From the IMG/VR virus record IMGVR_UViG_3300023096_000005: a stretch of 20,000 nucleotides of DNA; one strand, given 5' to 3'. The notes under the pieces were generated by a model. The model was not told the origin of the DNA. It worked only from the letters and a program-made list of their open reading frames with translations, and made no database searches. This DNA is from an uncultured virus (IMG/VR IMGVR_UViG_3300023096_000005). Taxonomy: Duplodnaviria > Heunggongvirae > Uroviricota > Caudoviricetes. A program made the position numbers and the translations under genes. Positions 7,981-16,318 of this stretch are shown here, piece by piece. Each line of letters starts with the position of its first letter. The stretch's first letter is position 1.

Positions 7981-8202
7981 ATGACCGATGTCAGTAAAAC
8001 TACCCCGCGACGGGTGCTACGCCGAGCCACTGAGCTAGGGGTTCACGCTGATTGTGTTGCCGCTGACGCTGATGGTGCATGTGAGCATTGCGTGAATATC
8101 TTCAATCAGGTATTTCATGAATTCTATGGACATGCAAAAGATGCAGGCGAAGCACTACAGCTAATCATTGACGATGTTCTAGAAGATAGGCATGATGACT
8201 GA
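7981..8202 (+). CDS. Hypothetical protein with His/Cys cluster
   Basis: 73 aa from ATG 7981 (start uncertain); HADC...CEHC; overlaps the dnaX start. Confidence 0.6.
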   Translation: MTDVSKTTPRRVLRRATELGVHADCVAADADGACEHCVNIFNQVFHEFYGHAKDAGEALQLIIDDVLEDRHDD

Positions 8203-9292
8203 AGGACTTGCTCTCAAGTACAGGCCTCGCCAGTTCCAAGACTTGGTGGGGCAGACCATTACTGCTGTGGTCTTGGAGCGCATGGTTACGCAGAACAAGA
8301 TTCCTCCGGGACTTCTCTTTGCTGGCCCTAGAGGTTGCGGAAAGACAAGCGCGGCTCGTATTCTGGCTAACTCCTTGGATGCTGGTGAGATTGTAGAAGT
8401 AGACGCTGCAAGTCATGGCCTTGTTGCGGACGTTCGGGAGGTCATTGAGACTCTTCGGTACTCCACGGGCGGCAAGTACCGTGTCGTGATTTACGACGAA
8501 GCACACAGCATGAGCAAGGAAGCCTTCAATGCACTTTTGAAGACTTTGGAAGAGCCCCCGGCTAACACCATCTTCATTCTCGTCACCACGGAGCCCGAGA
8601 AGATTCTCCCCACGGCCAAGAGCCGTTTGATGGAGTTCACATTTCGTAAAGTGTCTCCAGACAACACACTGAATCGCCTGATGTACGTGGTGGATGAAGA
8701 AGAGATTCCGTCAGAGCCTGACCTTCTGACTTACATCGCTGAGCGCGCAGACGGTTCCGTGCGGGATGCTCTCATGATGCTCGACCAGTGCTGGAAGGCT
8801 GGGATTGAAGACCGTGAAACCTTCCTGAAGCTCTCTGGGGAAGAGGACGTAGCTCCTGACCTCATTCTGGCTCTCATGACAGGTGACCACAGTCACATTT
8901 TTCAGGTTACAGACGACCTGTCTCAGCGTGTGCCAGACCCACAGCGCCTTGCTGCCATGCTGACACGCACCTTGAGGGATGTCCTGGTGCTGAAGGCTGG
9001 AGGAACTGTAGACGCTTCTGAGGAGGGTAAGGAGAAGCGGAAGAGTATCGCTACCCATCTGGAGCCTGAGCGTGTTGTCGGTGCCATGAAGATGCTGTGG
9101 GACTTGCGTACGCGTGTTCGTCAGTCTCCAGACCCTAGAGGCAACTTGGACCTTGTTCTTGTTCTCGTGGCGGAAATCTTCAACAACGGACGCAAGGTAT
9201 CAAACCCCAAGGTCGCTGTGCCTAGTTCAAAACCTGTGGATAGCGCACCTGTGCCACAAGAAGCGCGTAGACTTACTCTTGCAGAGCTTTAG
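8192..9292 (+). CDS. dnaX: DNA polymerase III gamma/tau-like clamp loader subunit
   Basis: LALKYRP...LVGQ, Walker A GPRGCGKT, EVDAAS, DEAHSMS.EAFNALLKTLEEPP, SRL (arginine finger), ADGSVRDAL. Confidence 0.93.
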   Translation: MMTEGLALKYRPRQFQDLVGQTITAVVLERMVTQNKIPPGLLFAGPRGCGKTSAARILANSLDAGEIVEVDAASHGLVADVREVIETLRYSTGGKYRVVIYDEAHSMSKEAFNALLKTLEEPPANTIFILVTTEPEKILPTAKSRLMEFTFRKVSPDNTLNRLMYVVDEEEIPSEPDLLTYIAERADGSVRDALMMLDQCWKAGIEDRETFLKLSGEEDVAPDLILALMTGDHSHIFQVTDDLSQRVPDPQRLAAMLTRTLRDVLVLKAGGTVDASEEGKEKRKSIATHLEPERVVGAMKMLWDLRTRVRQSPDPRGNLDLVLVLVAEIFNNGRKVSNPKVAVPSSKPVDSAPVPQEARRLTLAEL

Positions 9293-9301
9293 GAGAATGA
9301 A

Positions 9302-9454
9302 GTGAAGACCGCAGAGTTGATTCAAGAAGTTCGTGCACAGGTAGCTTCTGCAATCGAATCTAGAGAGCGTGCTGGTATCACTTATAGAGGCATTCAGATG
9401 AGTGCTGATGAACTTTTGCAGCTTTGTGATGCTGCATCGAATGGATTGACATGA
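9302..9454 (+). CDS. Small hypothetical protein (50 aa)
   Basis: AGGAG RBS, GTG start, MKTAELIQEVRAQVASAIES...; ATGA overlap with the epimerase. Confidence 0.6.
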   Translation: MKTAELIQEVRAQVASAIESRERAGITYRGIQMSADELLQLCDAASNGLT

Positions 9455-10380
9455 AGACAGTTGGAGTGACCGGTGGTTCCGGTTTTATCGGCGGCTATGT
9501 CCGAGAACAACTACTAGCCAAGGGCTATGAGGTTGTTGTGTTCGACCGTGCTCCCCATGGTGAACTAGCTGAAGGCGAGAGCTTCTTCCTGGGAGATATT
9601 CGTGACAACGTGGCGGTCACTGAGTTCGCCGCGCATGTTGACGGTCTTATTCATCTAGCGGCAGTGCTAGGAACTCAGGAGACGATTCAGAATCCTCGTC
9701 CTGCCGCAGAGACGAACATCCTGGGAGGACTCAATGTTCTGGAAGCAGCCAATCAGTACGACCTTCCTACGGTCTATGCCGGTGTTGGAAACCACTGGAT
9801 GCGCGAACATGGCGGTGGAACTTACACCATCACAAAGACGACAGTTGAAGACTTCGCCAAGATGTACAACAAGAATCGAGGCGGTCGAGTTTCCGTGGTC
9901 CGACCCGTCAACGCTTACGGTCCTCGTCAATCGGTCGCAGCGCCTTACGGAAGCTCCAAGGTTCGTAAGATTCTTCCTTCCTTCACTTGCCGCGCTCTGC
10001 TCGGTGACGACGTTGAAGTATACGGAGACGGTACACAAATCTCTGACTGTGTGCATGTACACGATGTCGCCTCAGTATTTGTCGCGGCGCTGGAGTACAC
10101 TGCCACACGTTCTCCTCTCACCAATCTTGAAGTTGGCCCCGTGGCTTCTGTCACCGTTAACGACATCGCCCAACTGGTCGTGCAAGCCGCTGGTACGGAC
10201 GCGAAGCTGAAGCATCTTCCCATGCGTCCCGGTGAGGTAGCTAACGCTATTGTGTCGGCTGACGTATCCACGTTGAAACCCCTCGGAATCAACGCGGAGA
10301 ACTTCATCCCTCTCGGGACTGGAATTCAGGAAACCGTGCAGTGGTACCGAGAGAACTGGCTACCGGAGTACGTAAAGTGA
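9451..10380 (+). CDS. NAD-dependent nucleotide-sugar epimerase/dehydratase (extended SDR, GalE-like)
   Basis: VTGGSGFIG, IHLAA, NILGGLNVLEAA, YxxxK (YTITK), RPVNAYGP, YGDGTQISDCVHVHD, RPGE. Confidence 0.93.
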   Translation: MKTVGVTGGSGFIGGYVREQLLAKGYEVVVFDRAPHGELAEGESFFLGDIRDNVAVTEFAAHVDGLIHLAAVLGTQETIQNPRPAAETNILGGLNVLEAANQYDLPTVYAGVGNHWMREHGGGTYTITKTTVEDFAKMYNKNRGGRVSVVRPVNAYGPRQSVAAPYGSSKVRKILPSFTCRALLGDDVEVYGDGTQISDCVHVHDVASVFVAALEYTATRSPLTNLEVGPVASVTVNDIAQLVVQAAGTDAKLKHLPMRPGEVANAIVSADVSTLKPLGINAENFIPLGTGIQETVQWYRENWLPEYVK

Positions 10381-11063
10381 GTTACAAGAAAATCATTCAT
10401 AGGTATTGGTCAGGGCCTAGACCCATGCCGGAGAGGTACGTCCGATTCGGGGAACGCTGGGAAGAGCTAAACCCTGGCTGGGTTGTCATCGACCACGGTG
10501 AGGAAGTCATTCAACTGTGGCCTGACTTGGCTGACGTGTTCAACCACCTTTATGAGCGAGACGCTGGTAGAGACTCTATTGAGCTTCACGTTCAAGTAGC
10601 CGATGTAGTAGGCTACGCCCTCCTCCGTGAGTTTGGTGGAGTCTACGTAAACTGCGATATGGAGCCCGTTCGCTCTTTTGGTGCCAGGCTGCCAGACGCC
10701 CCGTGGGCGTCCTACGAGAATGAGGAGGACTGGCGCATCGTAAACGCCGCTATCGGCGCTCCACAAGCCGGTGAGGCCTTCTGGGGAGGTCTTCTAGCTG
10801 CACTTCCTGGTCGCTACTTTGCAAATCCGTACGACGAAATGGTAATGACCACAGGTCCAGGGTTCTTGACAGACTTTGCGCACCAGTATCCTGGCCAGCT
10901 ATACGTTTTCCCGAAGCACGTTTTCAACTCTGTTCACTGGAGTCAAGTGCCTGCGGGCGGGGATGCTTCGGAGTTTGCTCTTCCTGGTGAAGCCATTGCT
11001 GTGCATCACTGGGGGCATAAGAAGGACGGCAGGACAAACCTCATTGAAGGTGCGACGACATGA
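10377..11063 (+). CDS. GT32/Och1-like (Gly_transf_sug) glycosyltransferase
   Basis: GTG 10377 overlaps the epimerase stop. Motifs KIIHRYW, WEELNPGW, ADVVGYALLREFGGVYVNCD, TTGPGFLT, AVHHW. Confidence 0.85.
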   Translation: MSYKKIIHRYWSGPRPMPERYVRFGERWEELNPGWVVIDHGEEVIQLWPDLADVFNHLYERDAGRDSIELHVQVADVVGYALLREFGGVYVNCDMEPVRSFGARLPDAPWASYENEEDWRIVNAAIGAPQAGEAFWGGLLAALPGRYFANPYDEMVMTTGPGFLTDFAHQYPGQLYVFPKHVFNSVHWSQVPAGGDASEFALPGEAIAVHHWGHKKDGRTNLIEGATT

Positions 11064-11797
11064 CGTTGCGCAAGTTTCTCTTCATCACTGCCGCTAATCG
11101 CCCTTCGTACTTTAGAGAGACTATGAACTCCTGGCGAAAGGCTCGGGGCTTCTATGACTGGAACGTCGTTGTTCGTCTGGAGCCTTCTGAGTTCGTAGAA
11201 GAGCATCTTGCTATCTGCAAAGAGCTAGAGCATGACAAGCTCACTGTTCTAGTAAACCCTCAGGTCTACGGAGTCTTGCATCATCCGTGGGTAGGCTTCA
11301 ACGACCTCTTTAAGAACGGCTACATAGATTTTGTGGTTCGTGCTGAGGATGACCTTGTTGTCGCAGATGATGTGCTGGAGTTCTTTGACTGGGCGGCAGA
11401 GCGCTATGCTTCCGATTCCGACGTAGCTGCCGTTGTAGCCTATTCGAGAGAAGAATCTACGCGTCCTGAGCTTGTTCGGCGCTCAGAAAAGTTCAGCCCC
11501 TGGGTGTGGGGCACGTGGCAGGACCGCTGGAATCAGTTCATTCGAGACACCTGGGACCACGATTACACCACCTACAACGGTGCTCCAGGTAACCAAGCAG
11601 GATGGGACTGGAACCTTGATACCAGAGTGCTACCAAGCTTGCATAAGCACGTAATTTCTCCTGCGATGTCTCGCGTGCAGAACATCGGTGTCTGGGGAGT
11701 TCACGGTCGTCCTGAGAACTTTGAGCAGTCTTCCAGCTTCTCGCCACACTTCTATTCTCCCTTCGCTAACGAGCCTATGCCTTACGAAGAGCGATAG
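11060..11797 (+). CDS. GT-A fold glycosyltransferase, GT13/GnT-I-like
   Basis: ITAANRPSY, VVRAEDDLVV, FSPWVWGTW..RW, WDW and PAMSRVQNIG..G, in the same order as the GnT-I-like motifs. Confidence 0.8.
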   Translation: MTLRKFLFITAANRPSYFRETMNSWRKARGFYDWNVVVRLEPSEFVEEHLAICKELEHDKLTVLVNPQVYGVLHHPWVGFNDLFKNGYIDFVVRAEDDLVVADDVLEFFDWAAERYASDSDVAAVVAYSREESTRPELVRRSEKFSPWVWGTWQDRWNQFIRDTWDHDYTTYNGAPGNQAGWDWNLDTRVLPSLHKHVISPAMSRVQNIGVWGVHGRPENFEQSSSFSPHFYSPFANEPMPYEER

Positions 11798-11807
11798 TAG
11801 AAGTACC

Positions 11808-12266
11808 ATGAATGAAGACTTGACGACTGACCTAGACGCTCCTCCATCAAATGGACTGGACGACATCTTTGTTCTGCCTGAGGACATTGCAGCAGACCCA
11901 CGCATCGTCGGGTGGTACAACGAAATGGTGACTCAGCTTCGTCGGGAAGCCCAGGGTGTGCCAATGAAGGCCGCTCAGTACACGCTTATGGAGCGCATCT
12001 GCTATTTCTACGCTTACATGCGTTACCAGGAATTCACCAACCCGGCCATGCCAGGTCGCGAGAAGCTACAGAACATTGCCGCTTGGCAGACGATGCTTGA
12101 CCAGTTCAACCGTCTTCTGGAAAAGCACAACGACAAGATTGTTCAGGACATGCTTCTTCAGGTGCAGGACATCGTGAAGAACGTCTTGAACTTGGTCAAG
12201 GACCCAGACGAGCGCCAGTTCTTGCGCCGTCGTCTCAATGAAGAGTTTGCCGCAGTGGAGTTGTAA
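11808..12266 (+). CDS. Probable terminase small subunit
   Basis: 152 aa helical protein from ATG 11808, two genes upstream of terL. The call rests on position and size only. Confidence 0.5.
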   Translation: MNEDLTTDLDAPPSNGLDDIFVLPEDIAADPRIVGWYNEMVTQLRREAQGVPMKAAQYTLMERICYFYAYMRYQEFTNPAMPGREKLQNIAAWQTMLDQFNRLLEKHNDKIVQDMLLQVQDIVKNVLNLVKDPDERQFLRRRLNEEFAAVEL

Positions 12267-12267
12267 C

Positions 12268-12555
12268 ATGCTAAACAATTCAGACTATGAGTTCATCGCC
12301 CTCTCCTCCTCAGCTTCTCTGGCTGAGGTTCCTGGAGACAACAACTGGATTGAGAAAAAGGGCGGCAACCTGCCCCCTTACGTCCGAAAGCTCGCCCGTG
12401 GCATCATGAAAAGCGGAAAGACAAAGAGTCAAGCAATCGCTATTGCCATTAGCCGCATCAAGAAGTGGGCTGCGGGCGGAGATTCTGTAGATGCAGACAC
12501 TAAGGCGCAGGCTGCAAAGGCCCTAGCGCAGTGGGAAGCGCTAAAAGCCAAGTAA
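12268..12555 (+). CDS. Small basic helical protein, possibly head-associated
   Basis: 95 aa from ATG 12268; NWIEKKGGNLPPYVRKLARG...AIAIAISRIKKW...AQWEALKAK. The N-terminal EFIALS resembles the giant protein's EFIELA. Confidence 0.75.
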   Translation: MLNNSDYEFIALSSSASLAEVPGDNNWIEKKGGNLPPYVRKLARGIMKSGKTKSQAIAIAISRIKKWAAGGDSVDADTKAQAAKALAQWEALKAK

Positions 12556-12581
12556 TCGAATACTTGTTCTATCATTTGGTG

Positions 12582-12595
12582 TAGACTTAAGTCTA
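12582..12595. promoter_or_regulatory. 14-bp perfect palindrome containing a -10-like hexamer at the terL start
   Basis: TAGACTTAAGTCTA; TAGACT lies 7 nt before ATG 12595 and there is no Shine-Dalgarno. Confidence 0.5.
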
Positions 12596-14466
12596 TGGCC
12601 GGTCGTCTATTCATCCCAGATGAAGATAAATCTTCATCCCTCTCTTCCATTTTTGCGGAAGAGCCTGTAGACCTCCGTACTTTCATTCGGGACACTAAGT
12701 TCCTAGGGCAGAGTAACGTCGAGCTTTCTCCTGAGCAGTCCAAGGCTATTCAGGTCATTGAGCGTGTGTACTACCCAGAGCTATACCCTCGTATGGCTGA
12801 GGAGTTCAATTCTTCTTATTGGGCAGAGGATATCCCCTCTGCTAACCTCATCACCCTTCAGTGGGGTAAGGGTTCGGGTAAGGACGCCATCTGCCGTTGG
12901 GCTTCCCTACGAGTCGCTTACCTTCTCCTGTGCTTGAAGTCACCGCAGTTGTACTTCGACATGCCAGAAACTGACTCCATTCACCTTCTGAACATTGCTG
13001 CCAACGCTCCTCAGGCCAACCGAGCTTTCTTCAAGCCAATGACGGTTGCTGTTAAGCGCGGCTGGTTCAAGGAACACGCTGACGTGAAGCAGGGTGAAAT
13101 CGAGTACAACAAGAACGTTTTCGCTGTGTCTGGTCACTCTGACGCTGAAGGTCAGGAAGGTCTGAACATCATGCTTGGTGTTGCAGACGAGATTGACGCC
13201 TTCAAGGCCAAGGACGAAATGGTCGGTACGGGTAAGCGTCTGCGCGAGGCTTCCACGTCGGCTGAGTCGATTCTAGAAATGCTGAAGACTTCCGCTTCTA
13301 CTCGATTCCCAAAGACCTACAAGCGAGTCGCCATTTCCTACCCTCGCTACCTGGGTTCCACCATTCAGCAACTCACTGCTGAAGCACGAGCTTCCAACGA
13401 GAAGTTCAAGGAGCGCTCTACTCACTATGTTTCTGGGCCTCTAGCTACGTGGGATGTCAACCCACGTATTAAGGGCAAGGAAGACTTCTTTGAGGACTAC
13501 GACAAGGACCCCGTAGGTTCTGCCGCCAAGTACGAGTGCAAGCCAACCCGTGCTATGGACCCGTTCTTCAAGAACATGTCCATCTTCCGCAATGCTGTGG
13601 ACCGTGATGAGCAGCCACTGACTATTGAGTACCGTGAGGCTGAGTACTTCAGCAAGCACACAGGAAGAATGACACGCGGCTGGGAACCCGTTTTTCACTT
13701 CCACCCAGATTTCCAGCCCGTGCAGGGAGCGCGGTATGCGCTACACGGTGACCTAGCGCTGAAGCACGACCGCGCTGGCGTTGCTATGTCCCACGTTGAG
13801 AAGTGGGTGGAGTATACGGACGTACTGGTGGACGATGAGGGAGCGAACTATAACCGTTCTCAGATTCGTCCTACGGTGCGAAACGATTTCACCATTGGGT
13901 TCCAGGCTGATGCCACGACCAAGGACAAGAATGGTGACTCTCTTCCCCGAGAGATTCAGATTCGCTGGGTTCGTATGCTGGCTTACGAACTCATCAAGCG
14001 TGGTTTCGTAATCGGTCTGTTTACCTTCGACAGCTTCCAGTCCGCTGACACTATTCAAATCTTTGACTCTCAGGGCGTCGAGACAGATAAGCAGTCAACT
14101 GACCGCGACCCCTCTTTGTGGAGTTCTCTGAAAGACATCGCGTCAGAGCAGCGTTTGAAGATGCCTTTTGAGCAACTTCTTCTTGATGAGATTGAATCTT
14201 TGTCCAAGCTGGACAACGGAAAAATTGACCATCCTCCCAATGGTTCCAAGGATTTGGCAGACGCATTCTGCTGTTCTGTCGCTGGTGCCCTTGTCACAGG
14301 CGGGGAAGAGGACCCCGAGGGTGCGATAGTAAGTAGTGGTGGCCCTTCCTACGACACTGGGGACGCCTTTGAGCCTCTTGAGGGTTCACAAGATGTGTTT
14401 TTGACTGTGGGTGACCCTTTTGGACTTCCGCTAGGGTTCCCGGATAGAGGCGGATATGGCTGGTAA
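12595..14466 (+). CDS. terL: Terminase large subunit
   Basis: Walker A WGKGSGKD, Walker B GVADEID, ISYP coupling motif, nuclease acidic motifs HGDLA and TFDSFQS, and C-terminal DHPPNGSKDLADA. Confidence 0.93.
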   Translation: MAGRLFIPDEDKSSSLSSIFAEEPVDLRTFIRDTKFLGQSNVELSPEQSKAIQVIERVYYPELYPRMAEEFNSSYWAEDIPSANLITLQWGKGSGKDAICRWASLRVAYLLLCLKSPQLYFDMPETDSIHLLNIAANAPQANRAFFKPMTVAVKRGWFKEHADVKQGEIEYNKNVFAVSGHSDAEGQEGLNIMLGVADEIDAFKAKDEMVGTGKRLREASTSAESILEMLKTSASTRFPKTYKRVAISYPRYLGSTIQQLTAEARASNEKFKERSTHYVSGPLATWDVNPRIKGKEDFFEDYDKDPVGSAAKYECKPTRAMDPFFKNMSIFRNAVDRDEQPLTIEYREAEYFSKHTGRMTRGWEPVFHFHPDFQPVQGARYALHGDLALKHDRAGVAMSHVEKWVEYTDVLVDDEGANYNRSQIRPTVRNDFTIGFQADATTKDKNGDSLPREIQIRWVRMLAYELIKRGFVIGLFTFDSFQSADTIQIFDSQGVETDKQSTDRDPSLWSSLKDIASEQRLKMPFEQLLLDEIESLSKLDNGKIDHPPNGSKDLADAFCCSVAGALVTGGEEDPEGAIVSSGGPSYDTGDAFEPLEGSQDVFLTVGDPFGLPLGFPDRGGYGW

Positions 14467-16315
14467 GGAAGAGAACCCAGACCTCGCAGCTAAGCCGACC
14501 GAAGCTGAGTTCAACTACGAGATTGGTGTCGAATACAATCTCCCGTTCGCCACTCCGTATACGGAAGGCCTAAGCGCGAAGGCAAGGGCTGACAAGGAGC
14601 TAAGAGAGCTTCTTAGGGATGAAGGCGAAGAGCAGGGGCCAACTGTTGCTCAGCTAATCGCTATGCGTCGTCTAGACGGACAGGCACGAGCCCTGTACCG
14701 TCTTCTTTCGCTGCCTATCCGTGCCGCTCTTCAGAATGCCACCTTTGTGCCTGCCGATGACGGTGACGCAGAGGCAGAGTTCATCGACCTTCAGTTCAAT
14801 CTTCCTCCCGCCTCTGGCGGCATGTCCGTTACGTTCCAGCGGTTCATGGCGCAGCTTCTTCAGGCTTTGTTCGATGGTTTTTCTCCATTCGAGCAGGTAT
14901 ACGACTACGCTACCTACGGCCCTCTAAAGGGCAAGTACGTTCTGCGAAAGCTGGGATACCGTCAGCCTGACACCATCACTATCATTGAGGACGAGGACGG
15001 TCACTTTGCTGGGTTCCGCCAGCGTGCCTACCGCAACGGTGAAGTTGTAGACGTTCACATTCCCCGTGACCGCGCGTTCTACTACGCAGCACAGGAGGAA
15101 GAGCGCAAGTACTACGGCGTGAGCTTCTTCCAGAGCGCCTTCTACCACTACGACAAGAAGGTGAAGATGTACTACATCGCTCACCTTGCGGCACAGCGTT
15201 CTGCTGTTGGTACACGTGTGGGTACGATTCCAAACTCTGCTACAGAGAACCAGAAGCGCGTCTTTGCTCAGAACCTTTCCAACCTTGCTATTGCTCAGTG
15301 GATGATGGTTCCTGAGAACTTCAAAGTTGAAATGCTGAAGGACAGTGGTACCTTCCCGTTCTTGGACTACATCAACCACCACAACAACCAGATGTCTAAG
15401 AGCATCCTGGCCAACTTCTTCGACAAGGAGTCTGGTGGTGGTGAAGGTGATGCCAAGCTAGTCAGCTTCGGTCAACCTGGCGACAGCATGTTCATTCTCA
15501 TGTTGCGTGCCATCATGGATGACATTGCCAACAGCATCAACCACTACATCATCCCTCGCCTGATTGACTGGAACTTCTCCGGTGGTAAGTACCCTCAGTT
15601 CCGCTGGGCAGAGCTTACCGATGAGCAGAAGGCTGCAATCTCTTCTACCTTCGACAAGCTTGCTAGCTCTGAAACCGTCTCTCCTGAGTTCACCCGTGAG
15701 CTTGAGAAGAAGATGGCCGATGAGATGGGTCTGGAGATTGACTGGGAGGCTGTAGAGGAACGCGAAGCTTCCGAGAAGGAAGTCCAGAACATGATGCAGG
15801 GTATCGGACCAGATGGAAAGCCTCTTCCTCTGGATGCCACGGGTAACGCAATTCTTCCCGGACAGCCAAACCCAGACCAGGACATCAAGGACTTTGAGAG
15901 CCAGCTTGCGGGAGGTAATTCTGCGCAGCAGGTTCCGCCAACTGACCCAACGAAGAAGCCAAAGGTCAAGCTGTCAGGCGAAGCAGAGCTTCTAGATATG
16001 GCTCAGGAGCTTCTATCTTTGGCTTCCATGGATGAGCGCACAGTCCGCACGGAAGAGGGCTCTAGGCGCTACGACAGGCCCATTGGGCAGGACATCCCTG
16101 AGGGTGAGCGGCCCGAACCCACAAAGAGCAAGGTGACTGTTGAGCGTCTGATGTCTTTGAAGGCTCAGTACGACGAGTTCAAGTCAGCAGGAAATGCGTC
16201 TGAAGCTAAGCGAATGATGACTCTTCTGCGCCGAGCTATTTTTGACTACACCGGTGACTGGAAGACTTCAACGTTCATCTCTACGCTGAACCAGATTTCC
16301 AAGCCTAAGGAGTAA
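14456..16315 (+). CDS. Portal protein (Mu gp29/DUF935-like) with C-terminal extension
   Basis: Follows terL; ALFDGFSPFEQVY, YGVSFFQSAF, NNQMSKSIL, INHYIIPRLIDWNF..YPQFRW; then a Pro/Gln-rich linker and an extra domain. Confidence 0.88.
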   Translation: MAGKEENPDLAAKPTEAEFNYEIGVEYNLPFATPYTEGLSAKARADKELRELLRDEGEEQGPTVAQLIAMRRLDGQARALYRLLSLPIRAALQNATFVPADDGDAEAEFIDLQFNLPPASGGMSVTFQRFMAQLLQALFDGFSPFEQVYDYATYGPLKGKYVLRKLGYRQPDTITIIEDEDGHFAGFRQRAYRNGEVVDVHIPRDRAFYYAAQEEERKYYGVSFFQSAFYHYDKKVKMYYIAHLAAQRSAVGTRVGTIPNSATENQKRVFAQNLSNLAIAQWMMVPENFKVEMLKDSGTFPFLDYINHHNNQMSKSILANFFDKESGGGEGDAKLVSFGQPGDSMFILMLRAIMDDIANSINHYIIPRLIDWNFSGGKYPQFRWAELTDEQKAAISSTFDKLASSETVSPEFTRELEKKMADEMGLEIDWEAVEEREASEKEVQNMMQGIGPDGKPLPLDATGNAILPGQPNPDQDIKDFESQLAGGNSAQQVPPTDPTKKPKVKLSGEAELLDMAQELLSLASMDERTVRTEEGSRRYDRPIGQDIPEGERPEPTKSKVTVERLMSLKAQYDEFKSAGNASEAKRMMTLLRRAIFDYTGDWKTSTFISTLNQISKPKE

Positions 16316-16318
16316 TCC

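Noticed and set aside
12595..16315. Intein or intron in terminase or portal
   Set aside because: Motifs are colinear at plausible spacing; no intein splice-junction or homing-endonuclease motifs were recognised.
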